A DNA stretch of 64,000 bases from Paragordius varius (Eukaryota > Animalia > Nematomorpha), in contig OZ176057.1 of NCBI GenBank assembly GCA_964247055.1, positions 4,402,001-4,466,000 on the forward strand, read 5' to 3'. Position 1 is the first letter of the stretch; every line of letters starts with the position of its first letter. The position numbers were made by a program, and so were the translations under genes. The notes below the pieces were generated by a model that saw only the letters and a list, made by a program, of their open reading frames with translations, was not told the origin of the DNA and did no database searches. Of this stretch, positions 12,746-25,834 are shown in pieces.

Positions 12746-13195
12746 CTATGTTAACTTTAAGATAAAATATTTATTTTGTTTATAAATAAGGCTATCGAAG
12801 TCACCCCTTCTGGCCCTCTCTAATACATCTTTGCAAAAAATGTTGTTTTCGTTGAAACTGGTAGATTTGGTCGCTACTAAATGACTTTTTTCTAAAGCTA
12901 ATCTTTGATATTTAAACAACATTATTTATTGGTCGGAATGATAAAATATGTTTAGGCAGTATAAATTGTGGATTACAAGGTTTATTATAGAAACTACTCT
13001 ATTTGCCAGAACTGGAGAGGCGTTTAAACTACGAACTTTATAAAAAAGAGCTTAGTTTACAAAGTTTTATTTATTAAAGTGTTAAAAAAACTAAATTACT
13101 GATTATAAAACAATTAAATTTTGCTATATTCTTTAAATGAATAACATTGTTATACCTGAGACTATTGCAAGAATTAAAATTAGTATGAATTTCAT
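12746..13195 (-). CDS. Candidate two-exon small secreted peptide, copy 2 (55 aa, contains RGD)
   Basis: Exon 1 (13195-13156) reads MKFILILILAIVS then G|gtata; 282-nt intron; ttagtag| acceptor; exon 2 (12873-12746) reads ATKSTSFNENNIFCKDVLERARRGDFDSLIYKQNKYFILKLT*. VSA resembles a signal-peptidase site. Confidence 0.5.
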
Positions 13196-13735
13196 TTGTG
13201 ATCCTGTGTTGGAGGTAAAATACAAAATAAATTTTAAAATATGTTATAGATGATGTTATTAACACGTCTAAGTATTAAGTAAACGATTTCTGCGAAATAG
13301 AATGGTGTTTATAATACTCTATCTTTATATTTATCTAAAATAAGTTTAATCGCAACGCCAAATTCTCAGAATTACAGTACGCTCTCATATAATAAAAGTT
13401 ATCTATACTTATAACTATAAATAACAGCTATTAATAAATATATTCGTATTGTATACCAAACATATTATTTTTTAACGAACACATTTATTATCAAACCTTG
13501 ATGATGCTAAGCTCAACAAATTTTTATGTACTTTTATTAAGGTAAATATAATAAACGTTTATTTTATCTTATTGTATGATTTCTCATATATTACATTTAT
13601 AAATTGGTTAAATATTTATATTTAAAATTCTGTGGTCCATTTTATCTACTTTTTAATGTAAATAATAAAAAGGCACAAATCACCTTACATTTCATTTCTG
13701 CCCTTACATTTTGGCAAAATTATACCCCAGGCCAA

Positions 13736-14250
13736 CACTTCTATCCGAAATTGCATACCCCAAACAATATTTAATTGATATTTTTAAAAACTACTGAAAG
13801 AAACGGTTACAATTTAACTATCCTAATATATTATATAAATAAACCAAAATATCTATATAAAATTTAGTTTTGGAAAATCGTATCAAATACTTGGACGCCA
13901 TTTTTATTTTACCAAGTATTTGCAAAATATCATATTTATTTGATTCTAACCCTAATTAAGTTTACTTTCATATTAAAATTATATTAACATTGATATAAAC
14001 AGGAATAGTGGTTTCTCTTGCATATTATGCACACATGTCATGTTGGGTAAATTTTGAATCTTTAAGTTTCACCTCTGAAAAAGTAAGTATTTTTGAATAC
14101 TTTTTTTATTATATTTAGGCTCCTTCATATTATATAAATGACTTTTGTCATAGTTTCAATTCCAATTTCATAAAATATTTAATTTTAAGCAAGCTTGGAG
14201 TATTTAACCACCCCAATTCGAATCGAAGGACAATGTGTTGTAGCCAAGTA
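13736..14250 (+). mobile_element. Family A piggyBac-like MITE
   Basis: CACTTCTATCC...GCCAAGTA|TTAA with the internal caaatacttggacgccattt core; absent from the paralogous position (~2455) in duplication copy 1. Confidence 0.8.
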
Positions 14251-15619
14251 TTAAACTGTAAGTACTCGAGATGATTTATATTTGCTATAATCAAAATTTA
14301 CGGACAAAACTTAAAATAAAGACAAATATTTTTTTATGAAATATAATGTCACTTTGTAAATCTTCATTTTAATTTAACTCATTATTTAAAATTGCCAAAT
14401 AGGGATAGAAATGTTTGAAAACAAAATCAGTTATATATTTTATTTTAAATAAATAACATGAAAAAATAAATTAAAAAAGTATGGCTGTCTAAAAAAAAAT
14501 ATTTATTTCTATAATTTTAAGTTTTGTCTCATAAATATTTAATTTTTACTGTAATTATCGTGTGTTAATATTATTTAACAAAATATTGTTAAATAAAATA
14601 TTTTAGTTTTTATATACATCTATTGGCTGTTGTATTAGTGATTTAGTAATTACATTCCTAAAACAAGGCTATTAATCCTACGTGCTTCAATCTAAAGGTT
14701 TCTTTGTGATACACCTCAAAAGATTAATGTAATATTGTCTAATACGATAATCTACATTCTATTATTCGTAATCGTTTTTACATTTTACACTTTTCACAGC
14801 CAAATGGTCGATTCTGTTTTAAATGGCTACATATTTTCATTTATTTGTTTTATATACCAGCGGATCTATTATTGGAATGCATTTTTTTGACAATAATTAT
14901 GAATATCCGTTAAATTATAATAGTGTCGGGAATACACAGATGAAATTTTAAGTATACGATCCACCGGTGGAACTTATCATCATCAATTAAATATTTATTT
15001 TTTTATGAGTCGTCACACTACAATACATACAATATTGCATAACTGTTTTTATATTGGCTACTTTAACTCTAACTCAGGTACGTCAAATAAAAATGTCCTG
15101 GTTGGCCCGCATTTTCAGTTTAATAAAAACCTGCGATCCACATTAAAAAAATTACCCAGTGGATATTATTAAATATTATCTCATATCATGGCACTAAAAA
15201 GTATACCAAAAATATATATATAGCTACTAATATTGACATTTGCTTGCATATTTTCACATTTTAAATCTAATTATTTTTATGGTTTTCGGTTAGTCATAAA
15301 ATGCGCGATATTACCTTCATAATAATTTTTAGTATTTTTTGTATTTTTTTATTTAAAGTATATTACATATTCCGATATTATTTCTGAGTTGTAAAATGCG
15401 TATTTTATTTTTATTTATTATATATATTTATTTATTTTAGTTAATTTTTTGGATTCATTTTTTTTTAATTTTTAGTTACTATATATTTTAGTGTTATTTT
15501 ATCTATAATTACTCTTATTAATTGTATTTTTATTTTTTTTATATGTTTTGTTTGTAAAGTGTGCAGGCCAGACCTGGCCAGTCGCTGCACGGAGATAGGG
15601 GCAAATAGGGATAAAGAAT

Positions 15620-16480
15620 GTTGTAGGGCCTTATACAAATGTTGGTTAAGAAATAAGCTCTATGAATTAGTTAAAACTATGAGGGTAAAAATGTAAATTT
15701 TTTGTGCATTCAGGAGATTAGATATCGTGTAAGCGATAACGTTAGAGGGTAACTATAACATGTTTATTCAGGTTCTAAGGGCGGCTACAGTGGGGTCGCC
15801 ATAATAGTGTGTCGATTAGTCAATCAAGTAATTGTTAAACGTGACAGTAAAATTACAAGTATGGATCTATTGTTAAATAAGAGGGTTTTTACCATCTTTA
15901 GCGTTCATACTCCCCAGGTAGTTTGACTAAACCGGAGGAGGATAATTTTTGTGATTTGTTAGACGGAAACATTAATGAAAGCCAAAGAAATATTTTATGG
16001 TGATTTCATTTAGCATGTGGGACAAAAAAGAGGTTTTGAACATTGGCATGGCGGAAAAGGTTACGAGATTGAAAATGAAAAAGGGGCTTTATTGAGATTT
16101 GTTCAATCTTATAACTTCCTATAACAAATACTTTTTTACTAAAAGGGATAGATATTATTATTATTATTACATTACAAAGGGATAGCCATTACGTAATGCA
16201 AATAAGAAGTCACAAATCAATTATATCCTTGTACCGCGAAAGTCTTTAAAATATGTTGAGGACTGCAATGTCATACCTAACCTGCAGATTATTGCTTAAC
16301 ATGATTAAATTGTGGGTTAATATATGACAGATATACCAATAAATACTAAAAAGCAAAAGTTTATAGCCCCGAAAGTAATTAAATGGGATTCCTTAAGAAA
16401 CAGTAAAGAAAGATTTGTAGGAATCCTAGTGTTAGGTGTCAGGTAGCTAAAACAATTAGAGATGTGTCAATGATGATAAA
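15620..16480 (+). pseudogene. RTE-clade LINE apurinic endonuclease (APE) domain, decayed
   Basis: TNVG..KLYELVKTM, LCIQEIRY, YSGSKGGYSGVAIIV, SVHTPQV, YGDFI*HVG..GFEHWHGGKGY..ENEKG, TNTFF, SQINYILV; multiple stops and frameshifts. Confidence 0.88.
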
Positions 16481-16509
16481 AATATAATAGGGTTGAATAC
16501 AAGGGGTTC

Positions 16510-18450
16510 ATCTTCTTATGAGATGGAATAAAATCAGAATGATAATAGACCAAGCCTAATTTGAAAGTTGTCCTATCAACCGGTCTCGGGCAATTTTTTC
16601 ATGATTTTAAACCCTCTTTATCTAAGGTTTACCCTAAATAACCTACTGACGATTGAAAAAGTATAGTCTTATCTTTGCGTAGTTTAAGACCGGCATCTCT
16701 CCTTTTTTGGAAACCTCGATCTAAATTTTGTTTATGCTCCAACTATGTTCGGCCGGTTACGATAATCTAAATATAGTTGCCGGGATAATCGCTTAGAATT
16801 CGATCCATGATTCGTTAAAATATACTGGGAACTCATGATAGCCTAAAAGGGATTGGAAAGTGAATCCCAATGGTGTTGTTATTGACAAAAGGTGTTTACT
16901 CTCTTTGTGTATTGGGATTTAACACGCGTCTTGCTACTCCAAAGTTAACAATGTTTTACCCAACCTATTAAAAATCAATTTTTCGAACGAGGGAATGATA
17001 TTGCTATCTTCAACTAGAGAGGATTTATTATAGTTATTCTAAAATCGGCACACAATGTGAGATCCGCATTGAACTTGATTATATAAACAATATGGGTGGC
17101 CCATGTCAGTTTTTCTTTCGTTGGGTCTAATAGTTATACCGGATTTAAAGGCGTAATATCTTCCTTAATTTTTTATTGAAACGGCAATAACACCCTTCTA
17201 CACTTATTTTTTTTGTATACTCGTTTTTTAAAAACATCTTACAGAGCCTTTTATACATCCTAATTTCTCACAAAAAAATTGGTTAAATTTATTTAAAATA
17301 TTTATATTAATAAGATTGCACATATTATTAAATATTTTAATCCAATCCCAACCAAACAAAAGTCGTCGTTACTCATACATAACGCCTTCCAACCATTTTT
17401 CTTGATTTCCCACTACGGCCAAAGGCTTCACTTTGTTCAACGTTCTGATACCCCCATAGCTCACAACATCAATATTGAGTGTCCAAAGTTTTGGACTGCC
17501 GATCAATTTTTAACTCTAACGAATGGGGATTGATACGGATGGCCCGGTGTCGTACTATATTTGTATAACCTGTTAAGCCTTTCGGCTATCTCGACTGCAG
17601 TTTTGGACTTCAATACTATCCATCGTACATGGGGTTTCGTACATAATTCATAATTCTCCATCGTTTGTTAAAACATTGTTTTCCTAGTTTATAACGGTTG
17701 ATGGCGTGTCGGTACCCTTATTTGTCACACAATGTTGTTCCGTTCGAATTGCATTGCGGCAATTGTTCACTCACAGCGAACGACTTAGCATAATTCCTAG
17801 CGATATTAAATACGGTATTCAAACTTACCGGTTGACCATCAATTCTTGCATCAGGAAAAAGTGTTAGGATTTCTAACTCAATATGCAGTTGTCATTCGTT
17901 TATATATGTTTCCCGGATTTTCTTTCCCATATCAATACTGTGCGCACCCTTAGCTACAGGTTTCTTCAACCGTAGCAGATATTTGGTGAAGTGTTTATTC
18001 GGTGACTTTTTAACTTATCAAAATCGAACAGGGCTTTGAAAAGGTTTATATTCAAATCGATTGTTCCCGTCTCTCATATTGTGGTCCAATTACAATCGTT
18101 CAACGCCATAGGATACAAATATTGTTCCAGCTTGTTTGTCGTAGACATACCGGGATAGGCCAGGAATAAAACTTCACAAGTATTATCATTTATCACCCAT
18201 CTTTTGGCCATCGAAATCCGCTTCAGGCACTACAAATATTTTCCTAAGCTTTCTTTCCACATAAAGCATCAAATTTATTTTCGCGCCTATCGACCGTGAA
18301 AATATCAAGGGATAGAGTGAATATTAAACAACTAAAATATCTAATATTGTGCCGTTATGGGTGTTTACATTACTGTATATAAAATCTCGTTGCGTATACA
18401 TCCGAACATTATAACAATTTGCGCAATATAATATATGAAAGCATGAATTT
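16510..18450 (-). mobile_element. Ty3/Gypsy LTR retrotransposon remnant (gag-protease-RT, 3'-truncated)
   Basis: Minus strand: protease DTGPSVSI (D at 17551) ...LIGSPKL...LLFGWDW; RT WATHIV..LTLCADFRITI, IPIHKESKHLL, SIF*RIMDRILS, IIVTGRT*LEHKQNL, DAGLKLRKDK..FQSSVGYLG*TLDKEGL. The gag assignment (17650-18300) is weaker. No LTR seen. Confidence 0.85.
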
Positions 18451-18559
18451 ACATTCTCCCAATAAGGATAAATTAACGTCTACATATATTTATATATCAT
18501 ATGCAACATAAAGCATTATATACAATGCATTTTAATGGTTGCTAATTCGCATAGTAGAA

Positions 18560-21357
18560 CAGGGGTCGGTAACCTAGGGCTGGCGAGCCAAACTTGGCTG
18601 GCCCTGTGATTTTATTTGGCTCATCAAAGTCTTTAGAAAAATTTTAAATTAAATTATACGAGCCGAAACATGGCCTGTAAATAATGATACCTTTTCAGAA
18701 AATTCCTTTTTTTATTTCACCGGATACTTTTATAATCGTATGTTTGCACATTAACAATTCTTAAATTCACTAATTATGATCGTAATTTTTGATTTATTAT
18801 TCTATATATTTATAAAAATGAAAAATGCTGGCTTTGTTATATGTTTCTGGAAAACGGTAAACTTATTTAAATCCTAATGTCGAAAAAATATAATCATTAA
18901 AAAATGCCCCGACAATATCTTCGCCCATTTTTTAAATAAGAGCCCCAATTCAGGCCACACCGTGTGAAAACCGGATTTTTTTAACATAAGTCCACGAAAA
19001 CCATGTATTTACAATTTTCCGGAAAACAGGTTGGACCATTCGATTTCAAATATGATTTTTTTTTACATTTCGATTGCGCCGAACATAGTCGACTCGTTTT
19101 TTTAATTTAACTATTTTTACACGCTCCCCCCGTAAAATGCCATTTTTTTCAAAATAATTCCACAAAAATAATTTTTCTATTTTTCGCCCAAGGTATGAGA
19201 CCGTAAAAATTTAATGAACATTCCAGGTATTCCCTGTAAAAAACAATTTTAGCCGTGCGTTTTTTTATATTGGCTGCTGGATAAGGAGATACCCGCTAAA
19301 AACGCCTCGTCATATCGAAATAGAGTGCCTTTGGGGCTAAATTTCAGAAAACCTATCAAACCATATGAGTTCAATAAGTGCTTAAACTAGTACCCGTAAC
19401 AAGGCAAAAATTTATGTCGTGCGTTTTTTTAAAATTATCCGTCAATTAGGCCCTTTATGCCCTAAAAAATGCGCTATCATATAATATTATTTAGTTTTGA
19501 AACCATTCTTTCAAAAACCATTAAGAACATATGGAATGAATAATGTTTCCAGGTATTCCCCTATAAAGGCAAGAACGTCTTTTTTATATTGGCCTATGGA
19601 TAGAGGGCTACCCGCCTACAACTGCGCCACCATATCGATACAGCGTGACTTTAAATTAAATAAAAAACTCATCAGTTATGAGTTTAATAGAGGCTTCAAT
19701 CATAATTCCAGGTATTACCCATATTAAGGCGAATATTTGTTTCGCCCCTGGTTAGGGGGCTACCCGCGTAAATCTGCGTCACTTATCGACACAGCATGCC
19801 TTTGGAGCCAAATCGAAGAAATATGGGACTATGTGAGTTTAATAAGGGCCTAAAATATGTATTACCCCTTAAAATTTTAGTATAGGGGGCTATTTCAATG
19901 AGTCGCTAAGTAAAGTTTTACGCCCTGAAAAATGCGCCACCATAGAACAATTTTTTAGTTTTGAAGCAACTCCAAAAACTTATAGGAACATATGGAATTC
20001 ATGATAATTAAGATATTAATACAAAGGCACGCCTGTTAATAACTCCTGGGTAAGGAGCTACCCGCCAAAAAATGCGCTACTATAGAGAAATTGCGTTGTT
20101 TTGGAGCTAATTTACAATCGAAGCCATATTATCTCATTAAAAGCTTGAAATATTACCAGTAACTAGGTAATATTAAAAGTCAGGCGTTAGCCTTAATTTG
20201 GGACCTTTATGTCCTAAAAATAGGCCATCATATAACCATGATTTAGTGCTGAGGTTTTTTTTCGAATCACTTAGAGACGATGTGGTATCAAAGATGATTC
20301 CAAATATTTGTCTTATAAAGGCAAACAATTTAGCGCTTTTCCAGATTCTATGGGTAAGGGTCTAACGGTTTAAAATTGAGGCGCCATACATGGCGTGGTT
20401 TTGGAGCTAATTTTCATAAAACTTAAGAAGCCATACGCGAGTTCAATATAGGCTTTTAATAATACCCATGAAAAGGTAAAAATTATAGTATAGCGAGTTT
20501 TTCCGTTAGCCGTCAATTTGGTGCCTTCACACCAGTAAACAATATCTTAGTATAATTGCTTAGTTTTGAAAATTTTATGAGGCACTGTTTTGAAAATCCT
20601 ACGAGATCCTAACTATTAAATAATGTTTTGAAATAATCCATATATATATATATATATATTAGAATTTTGTTGAGCTTTTTTTAAAATAGCGGCTTCGCAG
20701 ACTCCAAATCAATTGTGTGTAAGCCATATATACGTATTCCATAAGGACAAATTACACTCATTACTTGATACACTGCATCACAGGTAATGAATGCATTAAT
20801 TATATATATAGGAATTTTACAAATGTGTGTAAGTCAAACCTCTTTACATTATAAGGACAAAATTATACATGTCTTTTTTATTATTTATATACCCGATGTC
20901 AAAAGTAAAGCTTTTTGTTTTACCCAATAATTGCTTATGTCTTATACTAAAATCATTGCTGAATAAATATTTTGTTAACTTTTGATATTGGTGGGCTTGG
21001 GGCTTTTATACCCTTAAACCCGCTCAACAATATGTTTTTGAGGCTATTTCTCGCCAAAATTTTAAGATCATACGCGAAGGGCAAGAAATTTGCCCCCCAA
21101 GAAGTTCGAAAGACTTCCTCGGGTTGCGTAGCAGCTGAAATTATGCTAGTTTTTATATTATAGAAAAATGAATAATCAAAGATAACAAAAATTAATAGGC
21201 ATATTTAATGAAAACAAATTATTTAATAATTCCAATAAATCGCTTAATCAGGAAATTTAACATGCGTCACTACAAAACTAAACATAGATAAAATTGATTT
21301 TTTGCGAAAGTCATTAGAAGCACAAGAAAACATATTAAAAAATGTTTTCAAAGAATA
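18560..21357 (+). mobile_element. Charlie/SPIN-type hAT remnant split by a Helitron
   Basis: Left TIR CAGGGGTCGGTAACCT at 18560; after the Helitron, 21253-21355 translates KFNMRHYKTKH and KIDFLRKSLEAQENILKNVFKE, like GTF2IRD2/EPM2AIP1-type transposase N-termini. No right TIR found. Confidence 0.5.
18801..21149 (+). mobile_element. Non-autonomous Helitron with internal ~300-bp tandem units, copy 1
   Basis: 5' TCTATATATTTATAAAAATG; 3' degenerate hairpin followed by CTAG|T (21146-21149); co-linear with 33333-35324; extra ~330-bp insert near 20630-20960. Confidence 0.82.
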
Positions 21358-21629
21358 ATTATTCTATTTTTTCTACTTTGCAATCCTTTTTAAATAACCC
21401 GATAAACTATGCCTTCGCATTTTTTTGAAACAGTAAATGTTGGATGAAAATTTTCGTCATCAGTTTCAAGATTTTTATACACAAGAAAGTTATATATTAA
21501 TTTTTGAAAATTCTTTTTTAAATTTGATTTTCTATGAACAGAAGAAAATTTACATAGATAGTTAATTCATTTGCAATATAAAAATGGATATAAACATGCT
21601 TTTATAAAAATAATTGATTTTTTATTCAA

Positions 21630-22470
21630 ATTTGTGGTTTTTCTAAAAATATTTGATGAAAGCTGCATGTTCATGCCAAAAAATATAACTAAAAGTATAT
21701 TTAAAAATCAATATTTTTAAAATATTTTAATTTGATGTGGGCTTCGAAAGTTCAATTTTTTTGCTTTTTTGGAATAGAGTTCTTTTTTAATAACCCAAAA
21801 ATGACGGGATTTCGGCATGAAAATTTTAAATATATACTAAATTTTGATATCAACTAAAAGTTTTTTTAAGAAATGCATAATTTTTGTACTTTATACCATT
21901 TTGGGGGATTGATGAAAACTTTGTATTTTATTAAGATACGCATTTCAGCTTAATTTTTAATATATTTCATAATATATAATGCGTAATTCTCTCAATTTTG
22001 CTAGGAAACGCTTTAAGATATGAAACAACCTTTTCTAAATAAATCGATGATGCCGAATATTTCTATCGCTTTAAGGTTTATTTCCTTTAAAATTTTGCTA
22101 AATTTCTGTCGAAATATCCAATTTTATATTATAATTTAATAACTAACGAATATATCAATCGAAATTCTGAATAGAAATGCTCAGCATCATCGAGTTATAT
22201 AATTAAAAGCGTTGGTTTACTGTTTTTATCCAGCCTCATATAGTATGAAATACGCCAAAAATTAAACAATATATTTTTCAAAAAAATGCATTCTGTTAAA
22301 AAAATTTTTATGTGAATCTATTAGTTAGTAGAGCGAAAAGATGCAGGACTTCGGAACCAACATCTAGAAATCTTTTTATATGTTTATTGTTCCTTTTTTG
22401 TATAAAGCATTTAGCTTTTACCAAAAAAATATTAAAAAAATTCCGCAAGTTTTTCCATTATCTACAGAAA
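21630..22470. mobile_element. Family C foldback MITE, diverged copy
   Basis: gatgtgggcttcgaaag, ttttgatatcaac, gaaatgctcagcatc, aaagcatttagcttttacc motifs in the expected inverted arrangement; ends approximate. Confidence 0.65.
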
Positions 22471-22948
22471 TGAATTTCGGGAATAATTATTCTCCGTAAT
22501 CCATACGCATATAGACCACAATTGGTACTTTAAAAAAATTAATTGATGTAACACTCACTTTTAATTATATCGCTTTACCATATTCACTTTTATATAAAAC
22601 GAAACCGAGTTTTCAAGTGCCAATTTTGCTATGTCTGGATGCCATACACTGGCAGTGCTTTAAGTGATTAGATATTTTTAATTTTTGTGTGATTATCAAC
22701 TAGCTTTCCATTTTTTGTTATAACAATATTTTTTTAAAGGTGAATGTTTATTATTCATTGGGACAGTGAACAATATTTAAATAAATAGATTTTTTAATTT
22801 TATAAATATGTACAGTTGACGATTAATTTTTTAATTTTATTTCCTTTAATCCTTTATATCAGGTGTCGGCAACCTTTTTAAAGGTGAGCCGTTTTTGATT
22901 GGCGAGCCCTATGAAAATATAATTAAAATAGTACTCTATGTGAATATA

Positions 22949-23508
22949 ATACCACTTTCAAGAGTCTTGAATACTTCGAGTTGGTCACTGAACATTTCAA
23001 GTTTGTCTTTGTACACTTCAATTGTTCCTTGAACACTTTAAGTTATTCCTTATAATTAAGTTTGGATTTAACCATAAATTTTGCCTGAATTTAGATAATT
23101 ATTTTTTTAATTTTATGGTATTATATATTTATTCATGTAAAACCTATATTTTTTATAACACTATTTTGTTTTTTCAAACTATTTTTTTTCAACTTAACAA
23201 TATTAATCAATTTTAAATGTTATTAATAAAAAATTGTAATTGATAACCCATAAATCTTATAATTCCGATTATCTTATTTTAATATATTTTTTAGAAAATG
23301 AAGATATAAGGTTTTCTAATGATTTAAAATAAATATTGATTTAAAATTTATGTAAAATAAATAAAATAGGTTATAAATGATAAAACAGATGAATGATCAC
23401 GATTAGATTAATAAGCGTTAAAAAAAATAAAATGTTCAAGGATGTGTAAGGTCCAATTTAAAATGTTTAAGGACCAACTTCAAGGACACTCTTGAGGTGC
23501 AAAGGTAT
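22949..23508. mobile_element. Family E MITE (21-bp-array TIRs), old diverged copy
   Basis: Degenerate ttgaacanttcaagttggtcc units on the left; aaggaccaactt...ggacactcttgaggtgcaaaggta on the right; shared AT-rich core. Confidence 0.75.
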
Positions 23509-24391
23509 AATTTATTACCGGTTGTGTTTTCTATACTTATTCTCAACAAATTTTGCAAATTTTCGTGCGTCAACTTCATTATGTATTTTGACCTAATGAA
23601 AGTCATTATTGAAAACGTTTGTTCTCAAAATAGGTGCTTAAATAAAATGCAAATCATTGATTTAGCAAAATTTTTAGTTTGGTGATGCATTTTCATATCA
23701 CAATATATATATTTCATTAGGTTATTTTAATATAGTCTCGATGGAAGCAGTGTATATAGAATAATTTATATATCAAACAAAACAATTTTTTATGGTAAAT
23801 GACGGATTGATTATGTTTTGTAATAATATGTAGTAAAATCCGTAATTTTAATATTATTTTCAAATTTTCAGTTTAATTTTCATGCATGTCAATTAAATTT
23901 AATTTAAATTCGTATAACCAACTGCATTTATACCGAAATTGCAAAGTTGGATACATATACGAAATCGATATGTGAAAACCCCAAGTCAAATAGTTGTGTC
24001 GTACTGATGAGTGCTAACAAGCACGAAACTAGTCTGCGATTACTATTGACGAAAGAATTTCACATATCGTTTATAATTTCTGTTAATAATTATCTTTCAA
24101 TTAATTATCTATTTAATTTTCGATTATCATTATATTACGAATTTTACAACTGTTATTACAATACAATTTTTTCATCACAAATAAGGCTTTAAAAAATATA
24201 GTAATGTTACATAAAAAGCAATTACCAAGATCATTTTTATGAGCTTATTCGGTTTTATATATTGTATGTTTTATCTATTAATTGCGTATTTTTATGTATA
24301 TGATTGTTTTTGTAAAATAACGTTAATAGATAATGAGAACTCTCACATGTAAATAAAAAATTACCCTAACCAATTCTAACAATGACGTTAA

Positions 24392-24746
24392 AGTAAATGG
24401 CAAAAAAACCCGTATAAACGATTTATAAAAAATAAATAGATAATTAATTTAATAAATATCTAATTTTTGGTTATATTTATATAACCTTTTTCAGGATAAA
24501 GAAAAAAAAGTTAAAAATGGAAAAAAAATATAAAATATGGAATATGATGTGTGGTAAAGGTATTTATAACTAGTGATAAAAAAAACCAGTAAACATTACC
24601 CATTTTGACCATTTTATATTTTTTTCCATTTCGTTTTATTTTTATTTATTTTTCTCTTTTATATATATCCAAAAATTAGATATTGATTAAATAAATTAAC
24701 TATTTATTTTTTAAAAATCATTTACATGCGTTTTTTGCCATTTACT
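24392..24746. mobile_element. Kolobok-like foldback MITE (355 bp)
   Basis: TTAA|AGTAAATGGCAAAAAA...TTTTTTGCCATTTACT|TTAA with more than 100 bp of imperfect inverted repeat. A TTAA target with RR termini is the established Kolobok signature. Confidence 0.75.
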
Positions 24747-24889
24747 TTAACTTGATTTATAAATGCGTGATTCCTAACTTTTTTCTAACAATGAAGTGTC
24801 GATATTTTTTTAAATATAAACATAAGTATATATTATTATAATCTACCTTAGTTGTCAGAAAATGTTTCACGAATAAACTTAAATGTTAA

Positions 24890-25790
24890 AAAACACATAT
24901 TTGTGACTTTCTAACTAGGGAATTGGCAGGGAAAATGTATCATCCGACTAGTCGAGGGATGCGTTTATGTGTCCGAGCAATTTACCATGATTTTAGTTTA
25001 TTTATTACTTGAAAAGTGTTAGAGATTAAACGCAACCCTAACGTAATCCTGTCTTCATTCAATCCAATTACTAGAGCCTTGGTGAATGAATATACTTAAT
25101 ATGGAGTTGGAAAACATTGTATGATCTATATTATGTGAGGGAAATGTCTCATCTGAATTAAAGTATAAGATAGGGTGGCTGATGTTGCTTAACACCATCA
25201 AAAAATGGATAAAGCAGTCAGTTTTCTTCTGAAATTTGAGTTGCTTTTCAGTTTTCCAGCGTGCAAATTATATCTCTACATCTCCCTTTCTTCCAGAAAT
25301 CAGCTTGTGTATCCAACTATTTCAGGATTAATATACCTTATATGTACAATAAATAAATAATTATGCTTGATTAATTAAGATAATTCTGTAATTGTTGCTA
25401 ACTTTATGTCGCTTTTAAGAGTAACATAGATTCGCACCAATCTCAATGGAGTGAAGCAGATAATTTGTGGAATAAATTAGTTATCTCCATAAAAATGATT
25501 GGACGTAGTACATAATGCACTCATTTATTAATGGACCATTGAGGTCAAGATTCAACTTCTTGTGTTAAAATTCGAGACCTTGCTGAAAGATATTTACTAG
25601 TTTTCGGATATCAGTGAATTTGTATTTTACAATGATTAGCTTTACAGAACGTCTCTTTCTCTTTTTTTCTGAGTAATTTATCCAATTTAGCTTTCACTAA
25701 ATTTTATTTAGCATAATGTACAGATATTTTCGATTTTTTAATATGGGATTTCCAGTTTTAATAAAGGCCCTGAAAGCTCCGTGGGAATCC
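24890..25790 (-). pseudogene. RTE-clade LINE reverse transcriptase fragment, heavily decayed
   Basis: Minus-strand motifs in order: DWCES, NNYRIILINQA, QADFWKKGRCRDII, GLR*GCV*SLTLF (GVRQGCVLSPTLF), *SDDT (YADD). Confidence 0.75.
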
Positions 25791-25800
25791 TGTAAAATTG

Positions 25801-25828
<28 letters not shown>

Positions 25829-25834
<6 letters not shown>

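Larger units (their letters stand above)
12700..15270. repeat. Segmental duplication block, copy 2 (paralogous to ~1480-3490) with a Family A MITE insertion
   Basis: Co-linear with copy 1 apart from the 13736-14250 insertion; ends approximate. Confidence 0.85.
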
